Positions 12,824 to 27,535 of a stretch of 64,000 nucleotides of DNA are shown one piece after another. The DNA comes from Tubiluchus corallicola (taxonomy: Eukaryota; Animalia; Priapulida): NCBI GenBank assembly GCA_030141605.1, contig JAQGDQ010000097.1, forward strand, positions 578,400 through 642,399, given 5' to 3'. A program made the translations under genes and the position numbers. Numbering within the stretch: position 1 is the stretch's first letter; each line of letters begins with the position of its first letter. The notes under the pieces are model-generated. The model made no database searches, was not told the DNA's origin, and saw only the letters and a program-made list of their open reading frames with translations.

Positions 12824-15800
12824 CAAAGAGTCTATATAATTTGTTATTTATACTTAATAGAACATCTCATTATATTTAATGGAAACATTATTATTGATCA
12901 ACTCAGATATGGCAAAACAATTTTTTTGACATTCAATTTCATTTGTTCCTTAGAAATGCCTTTGGAAGATTGGAATCTCAGTTTGATCAAAAAATTAACA
13001 CCGCTGATGCAACAAGCATCGAAATAAAACGTCTTCAGTATTTTATTAGTTTTGTTCTTCTGTTCCTTTAGGGCTGAAAACTTAATTTTGTTAAAACAAT
13101 TTTTCCCGTGAACATTGACAGTAAGACTGTGTCACACTACAAGCGTTTACATAAAATGTTAGCTATCACTTATCCCATTATCAGTCAACTGGGTTAATGT
13201 AAATCTAATCAAAATCTGTTTGAACAATTTGAAGCGAACGCCTTGCCACTCAAGAGAAGGTTTAGCAGTATTTGCTAGACAGGCTTAATTAGGTGTGTTC
13301 AGTTCAAGTGCTGCTTCAATGGATACTTGGTTATCAGTGTACATATGCACAATGGCAAGAGTAGATGTTCACTCTGACAATGCCCAGCCCTCCCACAAAG
13401 CAATTTGCTGTCACATTGTAGATTCATCCCTGGGATGAGGAGTCTATTGAAACCTCATTACGTGCAAGCAATCAATGCTACATGAGTCCAACAGTCATTA
13501 GTCGTTGGTTCTCCTTTTCGGGGCTGCACCAGCCAGAGAAGGAAAGGGTTAACTCGGCCTATATAGCACTGATCACACATGTGACTGATTGTCTTCCTTA
13601 TTGACATTTTTCTGAATTTCTAACGACCATCACATCTGTGCAGTTGGTTCCCTCACTCCAGGGGCGTGAGTTCTAACAACTCAGGCATTATAAGAGCAGT
13701 GGTAACAATTAACAGGGGGTGATTTGGGAATTGTGTAATGGGTTTTGACCAATAGCACACGTGCATCCATGGGCCTGTGGGAAAATTTTATAACGGTTTA
13801 GTCGATTTAATTACACAAGGTACCAAATACTTTTTAATACAATTAATTTATGCAACAAGTTAAAGTTCAAGAATTTGGTGTTTTTTTAAATCTGCAACCC
13901 AGTAAAAACCGTATAATTAATCGAAATCTGGCAGCACTAATAATCGATTTTTTACAAATTTTAAAATTTTGATAAAAAAAATTAAAAATCTAGATGTACT
14001 TGATCAAGCGTAAAATTTTTAAATGGACATCAGCTGTTGAAGGTATCTGAAAAAAGATTAAACTTTTTAGTACTTAATTAATTTTAACTTTATTTGAAGA
14101 TTTGCGAAACACGTTGCAAAACCGGCCAGGGCTTAGCTTCATAGTAAAAATCTTTCCATTTAAGGAATGCATAATTGTTGGATTTTTTACAATAAATGAT
14201 TACAAAGTACTTTCATTACGAAATACAACATAGAAGAAAATACGTATGTATATGTAGGCGACGCCATCTTTTATTGCATTCAAAATATAATGAACAAAAA
14301 TGTAAGTTTGTAGCTGTTCATATCGTTCACAATTTTGTTTTAATTAACAATATGCGACAAGAAAAACCGCTGTAAGAAAAAATATGGCCTTGTTATTTTT
14401 CGTACAGTAAATCCCGCTTTTATCGGTCATTACAACAGCAATAAACCGTTTTGTTGACAGGCATGTCATATTTGGAGCTTCTGGAATTGACAAAATGGCA
14501 CTTTTGCTTTATTTGCTATTTCCTAACTTGGCAAAACTACTGTCTCATTTGTCGTAATGCAGTTTACACAATAAAGAGTCGATCTGTAATGACACTTCTG
14601 TCAGTTGAGTTGGCTCTATGGGTTATAGTTCTAAAATCCACTCAAAATGGCGAAGAATTGAGACTTATCCACGCGTAAAGTTAGCAGCTGACAAAAAGTT
14701 GTTGAACCTGTTACACAGTTTTGTTCGCTTTCTCTCGAGATTTTGCCAAGACTTTGCAATCAATTTATCCGAATTACAAATAAATTATGACGTTGGCGAT
14801 GAAGATTAACACTACGACTGTATGTCAGCGTTGTGAATCGAGCGCGTGCAAAACTGGGGTTTGCTTTGTAAATTCTGACAGACTTATTTTGATGCGAAAA
14901 TACCATTTTATAAAAATTATATTGTAAATGTCTTCATCATGCTGACAGCACAATAACAGTCCTAACTGTGTGCAAACGATCAGCGTCACAAATTAACATC
15001 ACAATGAAATATTAACAACAAAATACTTTATGTGTTAAATTTTGAATTATGGAAAATAAATTCAGCAGAAGGAACTATATTAGAATTTTTTAATATATTA
15101 GGCAATTTGGTAAAATTTGATATTGCAAAAAAGCAAGTGAAAAGTACGGCTTGATGCATGTAGTAACGGTAGCTCAATTCCTTTTGATATTCGCTTACAT
15201 AGTAACAATTGTCTACATAGTAACTAAACGCAAAATAATGGAAATTAAACATAAAGTAAACATAATTTAAAAAATTTGTGTCTTTTATTATCAAATTGAA
15301 CCTTGTTCTTGTTACTTTGAATGTTTATTTAATTGTAAATGCTTTCTTGAACTTCGATTTTCAATTTCGAGAACCTTTCACTTTTTGTATGTATTTAGGT
15401 GTGAACATTTATTTCTGTCCGTTATTTATAATACAGGCTACTGAAACGTTTGTTTTTACAAATTGTGTCAGCCAAACGACAGTGTAAAGGAAACTATCGT
15501 TCAAATTATCATTCGCTTATTTTTCCTTGTTTACTAAAGTAAAAAAAAGTTTTAAAAACTTAAGTTAAAGAGTTTCTTCAAAAAGTTGTTTGCGAATATT
15601 TTTTCGTTATTATATTCTCGCTGTAAACCTATTGAAAGAGCAATTGCATGCGCGAAAACACGCCGTTGTTGCATTTAGTACGCTGACATCTTACTACATG
15701 TAAGCTCTTTTGAATTAACATTAGTTAAATACAATATACATTACTCCTAAATGAAGCCATACTAGATTTGTAAATATTGTAAATTTGGTTACGTTTCGAT

Positions 15801-16824
15801 TTTTTGTTATTATTTTTATGTAGATCTTGTATAGAAAATTTGCGGGTATTGCATTAACGAGCTTAAGAATGATTAAGACGTGGGCTTACCACGCAAACCA
15901 ATATAGTTTTAAGGCTATTATAATAGTGTGTGAAAATAATTATTATAATACTAGGCGAAAATTATAACTTCTTCCATTTTTTGTTTTATTATTTTAATCA
16001 ACTCGCTGAACTGAACATCATTGTTAACTGTGTCATCAAAATTATGCTATTATAGAATTTTTGTGCACTTATTATTCATATGACATTAACTACATGCTGG
16101 TGTATAATATAATATAATATATATATAGAGAAAAGCGGTTACAATAAATGTTATTTTATATTTACCGTATATTGTTTACAAGCGTTACTGTCGTATTTTG
16201 CAAGTGAATTATGAATTAAGATTTAATAATATTTTCCCAGTAAGTTATATTTCTGCTTGCATTACTATGGGGAAATTATGTTAGCATTATAAAGAAATCA
16301 TCCAGTAGTAAAATGCCTTTTAGTGTAGCGCATGTTTTTTGCGGAATGATATTAACTAGAACAAGCATTACTAGAATGATAATGACATTGATGATACATT
16401 ATTCTTAATATTAATAAGTAAGGTATCACTAACATAATGCATATACATAATTATATATACATAACATAATCAATTTCATTCATATATAATATATAAATAA
16501 AATAAAAATAAATGATAAATGATAAATAAAAATATATATATACAAATTAAAATGTCACACCTGAAAAATAAAAATTAAACTACTGAGCTAAGTGCATTGA
16601 TTTAAAAAGTGCATATATTTACTTATTTCGGCCAAACTGATAAAATGGTTGTAAATTAATAATTTTCAGAGGGCGGTACATTACACGAAAAACAAGCCTT
16701 AATCAAACAAAAAAAGGGAAACCTTCAGTTACAATATACACAGTTTGCCTATTTTCTAACACAATGTGGGCAGTTTACAAACAATTTGAAAAGCTTTCTC
16801 GGATTACAGATTACTAATTCTCAT

Positions 16825-16827
<3 letters not shown>

Positions 16828-16861
<34 letters not shown>

Positions 16862-16866
16862 AATAT

Positions 16867-16899
<33 letters not shown>
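16828..16899. repeat. (AT)n microsatellite
   Basis: Directly visible. Confidence 0.9.
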
Positions 16900-16903
<4 letters not shown>

Positions 16904-18591
16904 CCAATCTACTAAACTATTAAACTATTAAAGTATTAATTTATCTACCATAATATCGCAAGCGAATACGCTCTACCATTAACACGAATTGCGTTATATG
17001 CACGTGAGCAGACACCATGGAGAACGACTTTATCTAATTATTATCAAGTCATTGAATTTAACGCTTGAAAATTAACTGCCATGTGATTACCATTAACTAG
17101 CACACGTTTGAAGCTTTAGGCATTATAACTTCATAATATAATAGCCTTCTACGTATTGAACATGTAGCAAATACGTCTACATCCCTGCAGCAAGATCTAC
17201 AAAAAGAATTGTACGGTTTATTTCCATACCATTTCATGTTTGTTATTGATGTACAGTTGGCAAGTATACAGTCTAGGCTTAAAACCACTAAAAGGGTCAG
17301 GCATGCATGGAAACAGGCAACTGCTTTATATAATATATACACAGCCGTAATGACTACAGTCGCTTGGTTAAGTCAACCAAATCGTACAAGTTTGTTAAAA
17401 ATTTGTCTGAAGTTTGATTGGGAAGTTCACGCATTAGCGGCTCGGCTCAGGTTTCGAGTTGCCAAGTTGCGAATTTGTAAAAGAGGCCATCCATGTTCGG
17501 TAATCACTTCATCGCATCATAGCTGTTGCATTTACTGTTAACTTGAAGTATATAATATTGCCAACATTGTTAGGTTGTTAGATAAGCCAATTATATTAAA
17601 ACCTGCAACCAAAAATTTTAATTTTACGATCGCAATCATCGTAAAATAATTTTCAAAAGACTGAATATTTGCAACTTGATATTCATTATATATGGTATTA
17701 ATAGTTTAAAAAGATTTTAGTCTCAAAATTGCCAAGCTTTCTTCAATAAAGTATGTGAGTCTTCAGCATTATTATAGCAGTTTGATAGAAACATGCATAT
17801 GTACATGCTTCTAGATTCCCAATATACGCCCGCTTTGGGCTATTAAACCATACTAGTTTTCCAGTACAATAATCTAATTTCTTATTATTGCACAAATCTT
17901 TGTGGATATTAATACCTACAAGTGAATAACGGAATAACGAGATTTTAAAACAAATAAATTAAAGTCCAAAAAATTAATATGAATGCTGTCTTTTAGAAAT
18001 TTATCCGAAACGTGGTATTATTTTTCGGGTAAAATTTCAGATTTGCACTTCCTTTTTTATAATGTTAAACTCAGCACTTATAAGAAGAAATTTCTACTTA
18101 TTTATTATGGCCACTTACTATAGACAAATATATAGTCTGCGTGATTTTTTAAGTTAATGAAAAGTAAGTAATCATTATAGTTTTACTTAACCTGGCTCAA
18201 GTTTATAAATAATATTATAACTGAAAAAGCACAGGTTGTTTAAAAGTGTTCGGTATGTTTTGCAGATGAATTAAACAATTTTAATTTGCTTTGTGAATTG
18301 CCTTTCAATTTTTACAGCTAATACTCCTTTACATTTTATTAAGCTGCACATTCTAATTAAGCTTCTAGCTGCTTACTGCTAAAGTTTTAAAGCGAGCATA
18401 GATAAATGTAATATATTATCTAGCGAGCACAGTATATTATATAATATAATAAATACAGTATATTATAGAATATAATTAGCATTTTTATGGCTGGTAAATT
18501 ATAACAGATGTGATAAATTAAAATAATGCCCTGTACTCTAACAATGATCGAGTTATCTGATCTGAAAGCTTAAATAGTGTACTATATTATA

Positions 18592-18843
18592 TTAACATAA
18601 AAAGCGTAATGCCCTTTATAGTCTCAATGATTACACATTATTTCAGAAGCTTTCACCCCAGCAGCATTATCAGCTGAAAAGTACAGATAAAATGTTAAAA
18701 CAGTTTGTACCAGTGTAAAACATAACATACACTGGAACGTACTGTTTTAACGGTTTTCTGCAATTTTGCCCGCTAGGGTGAAAGCTTCTGAAATAATATA
18801 TGATCGTCATGAGACACTAAAGGTATTACGTTTTTTATGTTAA
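18592..18843. mobile_element. Imperfect ~250-bp foldback with hammerhead-like motifs (possible Penelope-type inverted pseudo-LTR relic)
   Basis: Paired arm segments: TTAACATAAAAAGCGTAAT / ATTACGTTTTTTATGTTAA; ATTATTTCAGAAGCTTTCACCC / GGGTGAAAGCTTCTGAAATAAT; CCAGTGTA / TACACTGG around a 10-nt loop. The palindrome is directly seen; the element identity is inferred. Confidence 0.55.
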
Positions 18844-18863
18844 AGATGACAAGTCTTAGGAGA

Positions 18864-19008
<145 letters not shown>

Positions 19009-21379
19009 TTTATATATATATATATTTATATTTACGTTTATAATATATTATATTGTCTTATAAATATTATATTATTTAGCGTTATAATTCCAAGAGTGTT
19101 AAAAAAACAAAGTTCTTAATGTCAAAATCAGGCCATAACATTTGTGTCATGTCAGAATACAAAGATCAAATGCTGGCTGGGATCAATGGACAAACAATGA
19201 AAATGTTTTACAGAAAAAACGCATTTCAAAAAATGCAAATGTAGACAATTCTGTAGCTGCAACGGCAAATTACCAATGTCTTGGTAGATGAATTTCTTGG
19301 AGAATATTCATGCAATGCGTATACACAGAGCTAAATATGACAGTCTTAAAAAAAGTTTACGGTCGAAATTACGGATTGTGAGCCGATATTGCGCGTAATT
19401 TATACAATGAACAGAAATTGATTATGGTAATATGGAACAGCGTCCGTCCATTAACTGAGCTACGGCAAATAAACAGAATCGCGAAAAAACTTCCACAATT
19501 CCGTGGCAAAGTGTATTGACTGTGTCATTGTGCAGTCAGATATATGTGCAGAAAAGTTAACACGCGCACGCATGCACGCATACACGGTGGTGTAACAAAC
19601 GCAGGATCTGTCAATCATTCTGCCCTTATTTACACCATTGGGGATGACTGATGTTTGCTCACAAACGCCGAGGAAGGTATAAATGAGGTACTGATCACCA
19701 AGTGAGCTCAGCTTGCTCAGAAACACTCAGAGAGCACGTCTTCCTTTTGTCTCTTTTGACCTACCATATAAACGTTGCATACACTCGCGCCGGGCTTACA
19801 AAAGAGCTCTGTTCTGTGGCAACATGACGAGACAAAATTACACATGAAAGTACTAAAAGAAACTTATTTTTCATTCAAACACCGTTTTGAATTGTTAAAC
19901 AATTTTGGTTTCAGTAATTTATGCAAATTATGTATGAATAACTGAAACAAAATCCTTGACGCTTGAAACATACAAGCGAAAATTTTTAAAAGTCTTTCAT
20001 GAAAACTAACTGGAAAATAATCAATAAATATCATAACATTTACCACGAAAGACATTAATAATTACAGAAACAGCAAAATATTATAGCAATTCCGTTTGTT
20101 TTGTTTCCTCTGAGTACATAGTAGTTTAATAATTTATACTTGTGCTGCTGTACGACAGCATCAAATTGTATAGAATAATTTAAGAAAAACAGCAAAGCTG
20201 GTTCAAGCAGTGGCTGCATCCAAACGTTTAATCATTATTGGCTTTGGCTAGTATATGGATGATAAACCGCCAGGAAAATGATTAGTCATAAGCTGTTTCG
20301 CCTGCTACATTAGGCTACTTTTCTCTCGCTCTAGAAGACGCATATTCGCATCGAAACATTACTAGAGTACATCTGCCGGTTTAGTGCCTCACCTTGCAGG
20401 TTTTTCCCTGGTAACCTTGCTACCGTTCTGGTACAAGTCCAACAAGTCCAATCGTTGAGCGTTTAATTTTGGCTTGCAGTGCGCTGAGCTGCATAAAAAT
20501 AACAGCAAAGTTAGACTGTTAGATATTACAAAAGAAAATGGGTGGTAGCAAATTTGTTATTAATAAATTCACTATATAGTAGGATTTTCCCAAAGTAGAA
20601 AAATAAAAAGTAGTAATATTCGTCATGCCAAATTTAAAAATTAATTTACAATGTCCACCTACGTTACCCAATTATAATATGTAAGATATAGAAGTAACTT
20701 TTGTTAAAGAATTGCACTTATTTAAATTATAATTGCGCCTATAATAGTTATAGCACCGTACTACGCTGTATAGATGAATAGAAACACCTATTTGATGTAA
20801 AATCTTTTATCTAATGACAAATAGATATATGCCATTAACAGCATGTTATGTAAAAGAAAACTGGGCTCAATTAGTAAATGTTATGTTGTAGATGAAAGAA
20901 AATCTTCCAGGCGTATTAAACTACCCCAAACGCTTTTATTTATATCATTCTCGCAGATCGCATTTCTTCAGAAGAAATTTGTTATTCTGTCGTATGACCC
21001 TCGCAATTTATAGTGATATAAAAATAGCAAAGAAACATACGCCAGTCACGTGTTATAACAAAGACTGATGTTTAGAGTCTGTACACAAAGTATTTCCAGC
21101 CTTAATATGTTTTTGTTATCACGCGAGAGAAATCAATTTATTATTGTAATACGTGTCATAACAGAAATAAGATTAGAACCTTGGAGGCAGTTTGGCTGAT
21201 GATCTGAAACACATTAGCAATATTAACCATACTAGTATAAAATAAGATTTTATCTGCAGACGTTTCCACGAATTTATAAATCACACTTAAGCTGTCAGCC
21301 TAAATATGCACAAATTTTATTTCAAAAATACGGATGTGAAGGTTTGTAAGTCAGCGACGTACGTCGAGTGGTAGAAAGG

Positions 21380-21882
21380 GAAATGACAGAAAAACTCACC
21401 AATATACGAATAAAATGAGCAAGAAAGTGCAATAACAAACAAATGAAAATCGAAACCAAGAAGAAAGGAAGGAATAGACGAAAAAGAATGAGGCAGACAG
21501 ACTGACAGAATGCGGGCCACTGCGAGGTTGACAACAGAGGAATAAAGAAAGTAGAAAGAATGAATCAAAGAAAAAAAAGAAAACGAAGGAAGACAGCGCA
21601 ACGCGAGGAATAAAATCCCGAGAGGAAAATAAAAAAGGAGAGCTTGTGGTAGAACACAGGTGGTAGAAAACGAAGCAACAGAAAAGAAAGTTAAAGAATA
21701 AACAGGAAATGAAGGAAGAGAAAGGTCCAAAAAAGAAAAAGGGATGAAAGATGGGAAATGGAATGAACAAATAAATGGGTAAAAAACGAAAGAATGGAAA
21801 AATTGAAAAATAAGAGACGGATGAATTAAACTGTTGAAGAGAAAAGTGAGCGAAAGAAGCGTCATAAAAAATGAAGGAAAAC
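21380..21882. repeat. Purine-rich (A/G) low-complexity tract
   Basis: Strong strand asymmetry; source of the F/S/L-rich minus-strand ORFs. Confidence 0.7.
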
Positions 21883-23767
21883 CGCATTTTACACGGCATT
21901 ATCATGGAGCAGATGATCCACTGTTTTTAACGCTAAAATTAGCACTAGCATTTTGCCGAAGTTTCAAAATAGTATTAACACACTCTGCAAAATCCCGTTA
22001 AGCTATTTATGTTGATTTACCCACAGCTATTACTACCATTATTGTTTAATACTTTAATTATTTGTTAAAGACAAATTCTTTACTTTTTTACGTATCTTCA
22101 GTAAAGGGGCGAAACACTTCTGCAGAAATGAAACCTTTCAGTTTAATTGCAACCTAGGTCAATTAGCCAAAGAAGCCACATTAGACAGAGACCAATATGG
22201 CATATTTGCAGTCCACTGAAGGCATACACACAGACAGACATTGCTGTTTTTCCATCAGATTGCTTCCAACCAATCACGACAGTTTGTTATCTTTAGCGGT
22301 AAGGTACTTAACTACCGAGGAATAATGAACCGCATTCTTCTCCACCGGGAGATTTTCCCGAGCTAAATAGGAATTACTGGGACCACTTCTGGAGCGCAAC
22401 AGAAGTTTACTCATGGTGGACGTCCCTCCACTGGACCAAGAAACTATAATTATTTCTATTAGTTACCATAACAAATGTCGCAAGGGCAGAAATCATAAGG
22501 CAAACTGACTTTGGGGAAGCGCGAAGTTTACACAATCTTGAGAAACCCGCGAGGAAAACCAACCGTGGTGGTTCCCCTGTACTTGACTGTATTACGCTTG
22601 GAACAACACTTGGCTAACGTGAAATAACAAACGACTTTCAACGTGGCAAAACAGTTGCAAACAAAAACGTCTTATCGCAAAAAGTGAAAGTACAAAAACA
22701 CTTGTTTTTATATGGCGGTAGAAGATAATAGCTTTAAAGAGATTAGGAATATTGGCAAAATAAGCAAAGAATTGCAAACTGCAGTAAACCAATAGTAAGT
22801 ATTAGGCTGTAGTTGTAAATGTCATTTTGGGTGATGGGTATGAATTATAAGACTTCTGCCAAGAAAATATAGCAGATAAGGTATTCAAAGCAATTAAACG
22901 AAAGATAGTGTTGGGCAGGTTTATTTTAGTGTTTTCTAGAAAAATGTAAAAACCTGCAAATGAAAAAAAGCTAAGAAGTGGTGACGGTATTCATGCTACA
23001 TTCACTACATCAAACATGTGTAAGTCTTCACATTTCCTACGTTCCAAATGCCACATCTACTAGGGATTATATATATAGATTTAGTAATAACTACTAATTC
23101 ATTTTATAGTTATGTACAAGTACACGAATGTTGTACTTTCAAAACTTTTATGCTGTTTGATACTTTTGCCATGTTATCATCTACTGTGTACAACCGTTCC
23201 TATTAGTACCTAACGTGGAAAAACATTTACTTCACTGCACCCAAGCTCGGGGCCACTAAGCAGTTTCTTCTCCAACATTGTCTGTCCAAAATTTTGATAT
23301 AGTTGATGAATTTTGTAAGAATTTGAGATGTCTTTTTCATTGTTAGTATTGGAGAACTAGTACCACAAAGTTATTTTTGAAAAAATTAAGGCAAAAATGA
23401 CTGAAACTCAAACAAACAAGCACAATATGGTTTCGAAAAGGGTTTCGTTTGCATGAGAAATAATGATCTTGTTTCTGTTTGAATTTCATCACGTACTAGT
23501 GCGCAGACATTGCTCATTTTGCACTAGCCGTATCGTGGCTATAGCCTTACTGTCCATCTCTACATCAACAACACGTAGAAGGAATGCAAATAGAAACAGA
23601 TACGCGGAACAGACTGGAACAAAAGCACGAGGCGTTGTCTCGTATTACACGAAGCCGTGTGTGCCATGAAGACGTTCCTGTGTCAAATTAGTTTATTTGT
23701 TCCTGTTAACAGTCTAGTACTGACGATTGCACAGTAAAACAATAGACGGTACCACTGTTTCATAGAA

Positions 23768-24200
<433 letters not shown>

Positions 24201-25940
24201 CGTCTTGTTGCAAATTTCGAACCTGAGTGTTTAGATTTTTCCCTTTACCTGCGTAGAAGTGATACTAATATTCAACTAACGTAATTTACTGCAGATCTAA
24301 TCCGCAGTGTTTAAAATTCGGCAGTACTAACTGAAAGATCTTTGGCATCATTGTTAAATGCTGTCAAACATAATAAGGCCTGTCTACTTTTAGGACTGTA
24401 ACTTGAAGGTCAGAAATCTGCTAACTCGGTTTTGTTTACTCTAACTGTCTACCAAAAACTCATTTTTGTACATATTAAGCAGGTGGTTTTATAACATTCT
24501 GGTAAAAATACGCTTGCCGTTCCGCAAGGAGTCAACATTTTACGGGCTTGATAAGTGAAGTTAGCAAAGTAATTTTTAAGAAAGGAAAAACAAAACAATG
24601 TAGGTTCATGGCTTTAAACGAAAAAAGTGAAAAGGGTTTAAGAGCAAGGAAGCGCCCTGCATTTGATCTCGGATTATTTCGGAGCATTTCTGAGATTTTT
24701 CCGTCTAATAATTTACAGGAAAAAAAATCTTTTCTCAAACCAAAAGTTTGTAATCACAAAAATATGGAGTACATGAATACAGGAAGAAACTTTTTAAACT
24801 AATAAAAGTTGGAAATATTTTAACAAGGTGAGCAATATTGGGCTGACGAAGTTATCGAAAGAAGTAGTTTAAATCATAATCATTTTCTCGCCATGCTTTC
24901 ACGCCCTAATTAAAAGTACTGCAAGAATTCGGTGCTGATTAGCGGACATATTAATATGGCGGACACCTGAGGACTTCCAGCATTTGATGACGTACCGCGC
25001 GACGGAAGTGAAGGAATTCCTTGCTGCTAATAATTACAGGAAATTGAAGCGACTCGGCATTATTGGTGCGTACATCCTCTTCTCAGACATGAGGTGAACA
25101 TATGAAAGCGGAAGGATTCCTCCAGCAAAAGGGTCAATATAAGGTTTGGTTGTGTCAGTCAGAAGTGATATGATCAAGCAATGAATTATCTAGTAAACGA
25201 TGGTGGTTTCTCTGTTGCGGCATGCTAGCCTATATAGGCTACAAATCAGCTTCTTGAACTGCAGTGTATTAAATTAATTGTGCAAATCAGGCGCTGAAAA
25301 CCACGAATATGGTTTTTATGTTCTTACATCACTATATCAAATCTTGCGTATTCTACTCAAATTCACCATTTCTGAGGATTGTTACTCTTTTCTTTACCCT
25401 TGTTTTTTCTATTACATCCTTCTTTTTTTGTTCATCCTTTTTCCTTTATTCTCTTCTTTTTCTTTATAGTGTTTTGTTTGTTTTCTCTTTCTCTTTTTCC
25501 TGTTTGCCATTTTATTCTTTTTCTCTTTCCATTTCATTACTTTCTGGTTTCAATGCACCTTCAGTCGAAGATGCTCAAGCTAATTAAGGGGCCAGCTAAG
25601 AGGTCCTTTTTAGTTTAAACAGAAAAAATACACCTATTTCCCAACTCGACATCAATATTACAACGCCTGTTGTAGAAATTTGATATTATGATGTAAATGA
25701 CTAGATCATGGGACAAGTCTGAACATTTTCCCCTAAGTCCACTATGTTTCATTCATCGAATATATATAGGTGCACTAAGCATAGATAAGTAATTCTGAGC
25801 AGATTTGGGCAAGCATTATAACCCAATGCTGTATAACTGACTCATTATCACATAGAAATGTGAGGCAAAATAAAACTGAATTAAACCATTTTTAATATAA
25901 AAAACACGTCAAACTTCTAAAGTTTATTCCAATATCTAAT

Positions 25941-26081
25941 AAATTTCTTTAAAACCAAACTTTCAGATTTTGAAATTCCTTCACCAGAGCTTTTAAGATT
26001 AGAGCTCAAATTATTTCTAACTAACTGCTCTTACAACACAACGGGATTTTTAAAATTCAAAAGCTTGGTTTTAAACAATTT
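25941..26081. repeat. Diverged inverted repeat (~39-bp arms), MITE/foldback-like
   Basis: AAATTTCTTTAAAACCAAACTTTCAGATTTTGAAATTCC versus the reverse complement of GGATTTTTAAAATTCAAAAGCTTGGTTTTAAACAATTT. Confidence 0.6.
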
Positions 26082-27337
26082 TTGGGGTTTTACAACAGAC
26101 TTTAGAGTAATTTGGTATACTTCTCGTAGTAAAACACTGGCTCGCCTACGATCCACAGTTCTGCAAATTCATTGGCAATAATCTATTAATAGGCAAAACA
26201 GAACTTCCGCATTATAAACAAGCATTCAGATTTCCACATAAATGTAGATTGACCGGCATCCCTAACTATGGGTTTCATTGTGTAATTTTTATCATGTAGA
26301 CACATGTGATATGTTAGAAACGGCAGAGAGTGAGTGAAACCATTCAACGGAAAATGAGAAATGCGGTATGCAGGCCAGCGGGGGCGCTTACAGCTCCCCT
26401 ACCCGGCATGTGGAACACTCACACTGCCAAAATCTTCTCAGATGTTCCTCTCATCTAGTCCAGATGCGATGGCTCAGTAGAGAAACCCAGAGAGATGCAG
26501 AAATGAACCCCAATAGGATTAGCGCGTCCAAATCCGCCTGACAAGCTCAGTTACAAATCGCATTACATGGTAGATTTGTCCTGCTCTATACTGGCAATAC
26601 CGCACACACGAGGCATCAGCAAAACTGTTTATAAATACACACAAACGTAGTCCACGTGACGGACAATAAGAATGCTTCTAAACTTTAAACTATTTTGAGG
26701 TAGAGATTCGTGATATTTAGCCTAAATATAATTGTTTTACAATAACAAGAACAAAACAAACAAAATATAAATTGAAAATTCCAAGCGCGTCTACTAGAGT
26801 ATAAACGGATACGTTAGTGAGAGTACATACATGAGTGAGATACTTACGGAATTTTGACGTTGTGGTGAACAGTTATTAAAATACTGTATTTTAACTCTAC
26901 CAAGTAAGTTTTTTGCAGTTTAACTCGCAAGATTTTCTGATAAATGTAAAATCAATTTGACAAGTCACATACATGAAAAAGGCAAACTGGCAAAGAAAAG
27001 GCTAGAAAGTTGCTGTGCAAAAACAACCACTGCCATTGATGTTACAATCTAAAAAATTATAGAATCAACATCTGACGTCATTTTTCAGCCAAAATTTATA
27101 AAGTCGCTATAATGAACAAAACACGGACAGTGTATATTTGTCAAGAAAAAATGAATGGAAGTTAAACCTGTCGTGAATTTTAGTTGTGAATCTTAATTAA
27201 TAATTTGTACAAAGTTTTCGATGTACACAATATAATTAAAACTGCTAAAAACAAATAAATGAAGAACTTCTTTTTGTTATTCACGAATATCAAACGTTTG
27301 AAACAGTCATAGCTGCTTCTAATAGGGTCTAGATGAA

Positions 27338-27535
27338 GTGGCGTTTACCTGGCATCCGGAATGCGTATGCGTTATCCACTTGCGGAACAGCTGCGTATAA
27401 AAAATCAATAGGAAATAGCTACAGAAAAAATAACGCAGGTCTGATAAACGGGTGCACTGAAAACAATATAAGCCGATTCCATCTATTCGGCATTTAGGTA
27501 ACGCATACGCATTCCGGATGTCTCGTAAACTCCAC
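27338..27535. mobile_element. MITE-like element with a perfect 22-bp inverted repeat
   Basis: CATCCGGAATGCGTATGCGTTA (27353..27374) is the exact reverse complement of 27499..27520. There is an imperfect outward extension GTGGCGTTTAC / GTAAACTCCAC. Confidence 0.6.

Noticed and set aside
21317-21905. 182-aa and 169-aa hydrophobic ORFs that look like membrane proteins
   Set aside because: An artefact of a pyrimidine-rich minus strand, which lacks stops in overlapping frames.
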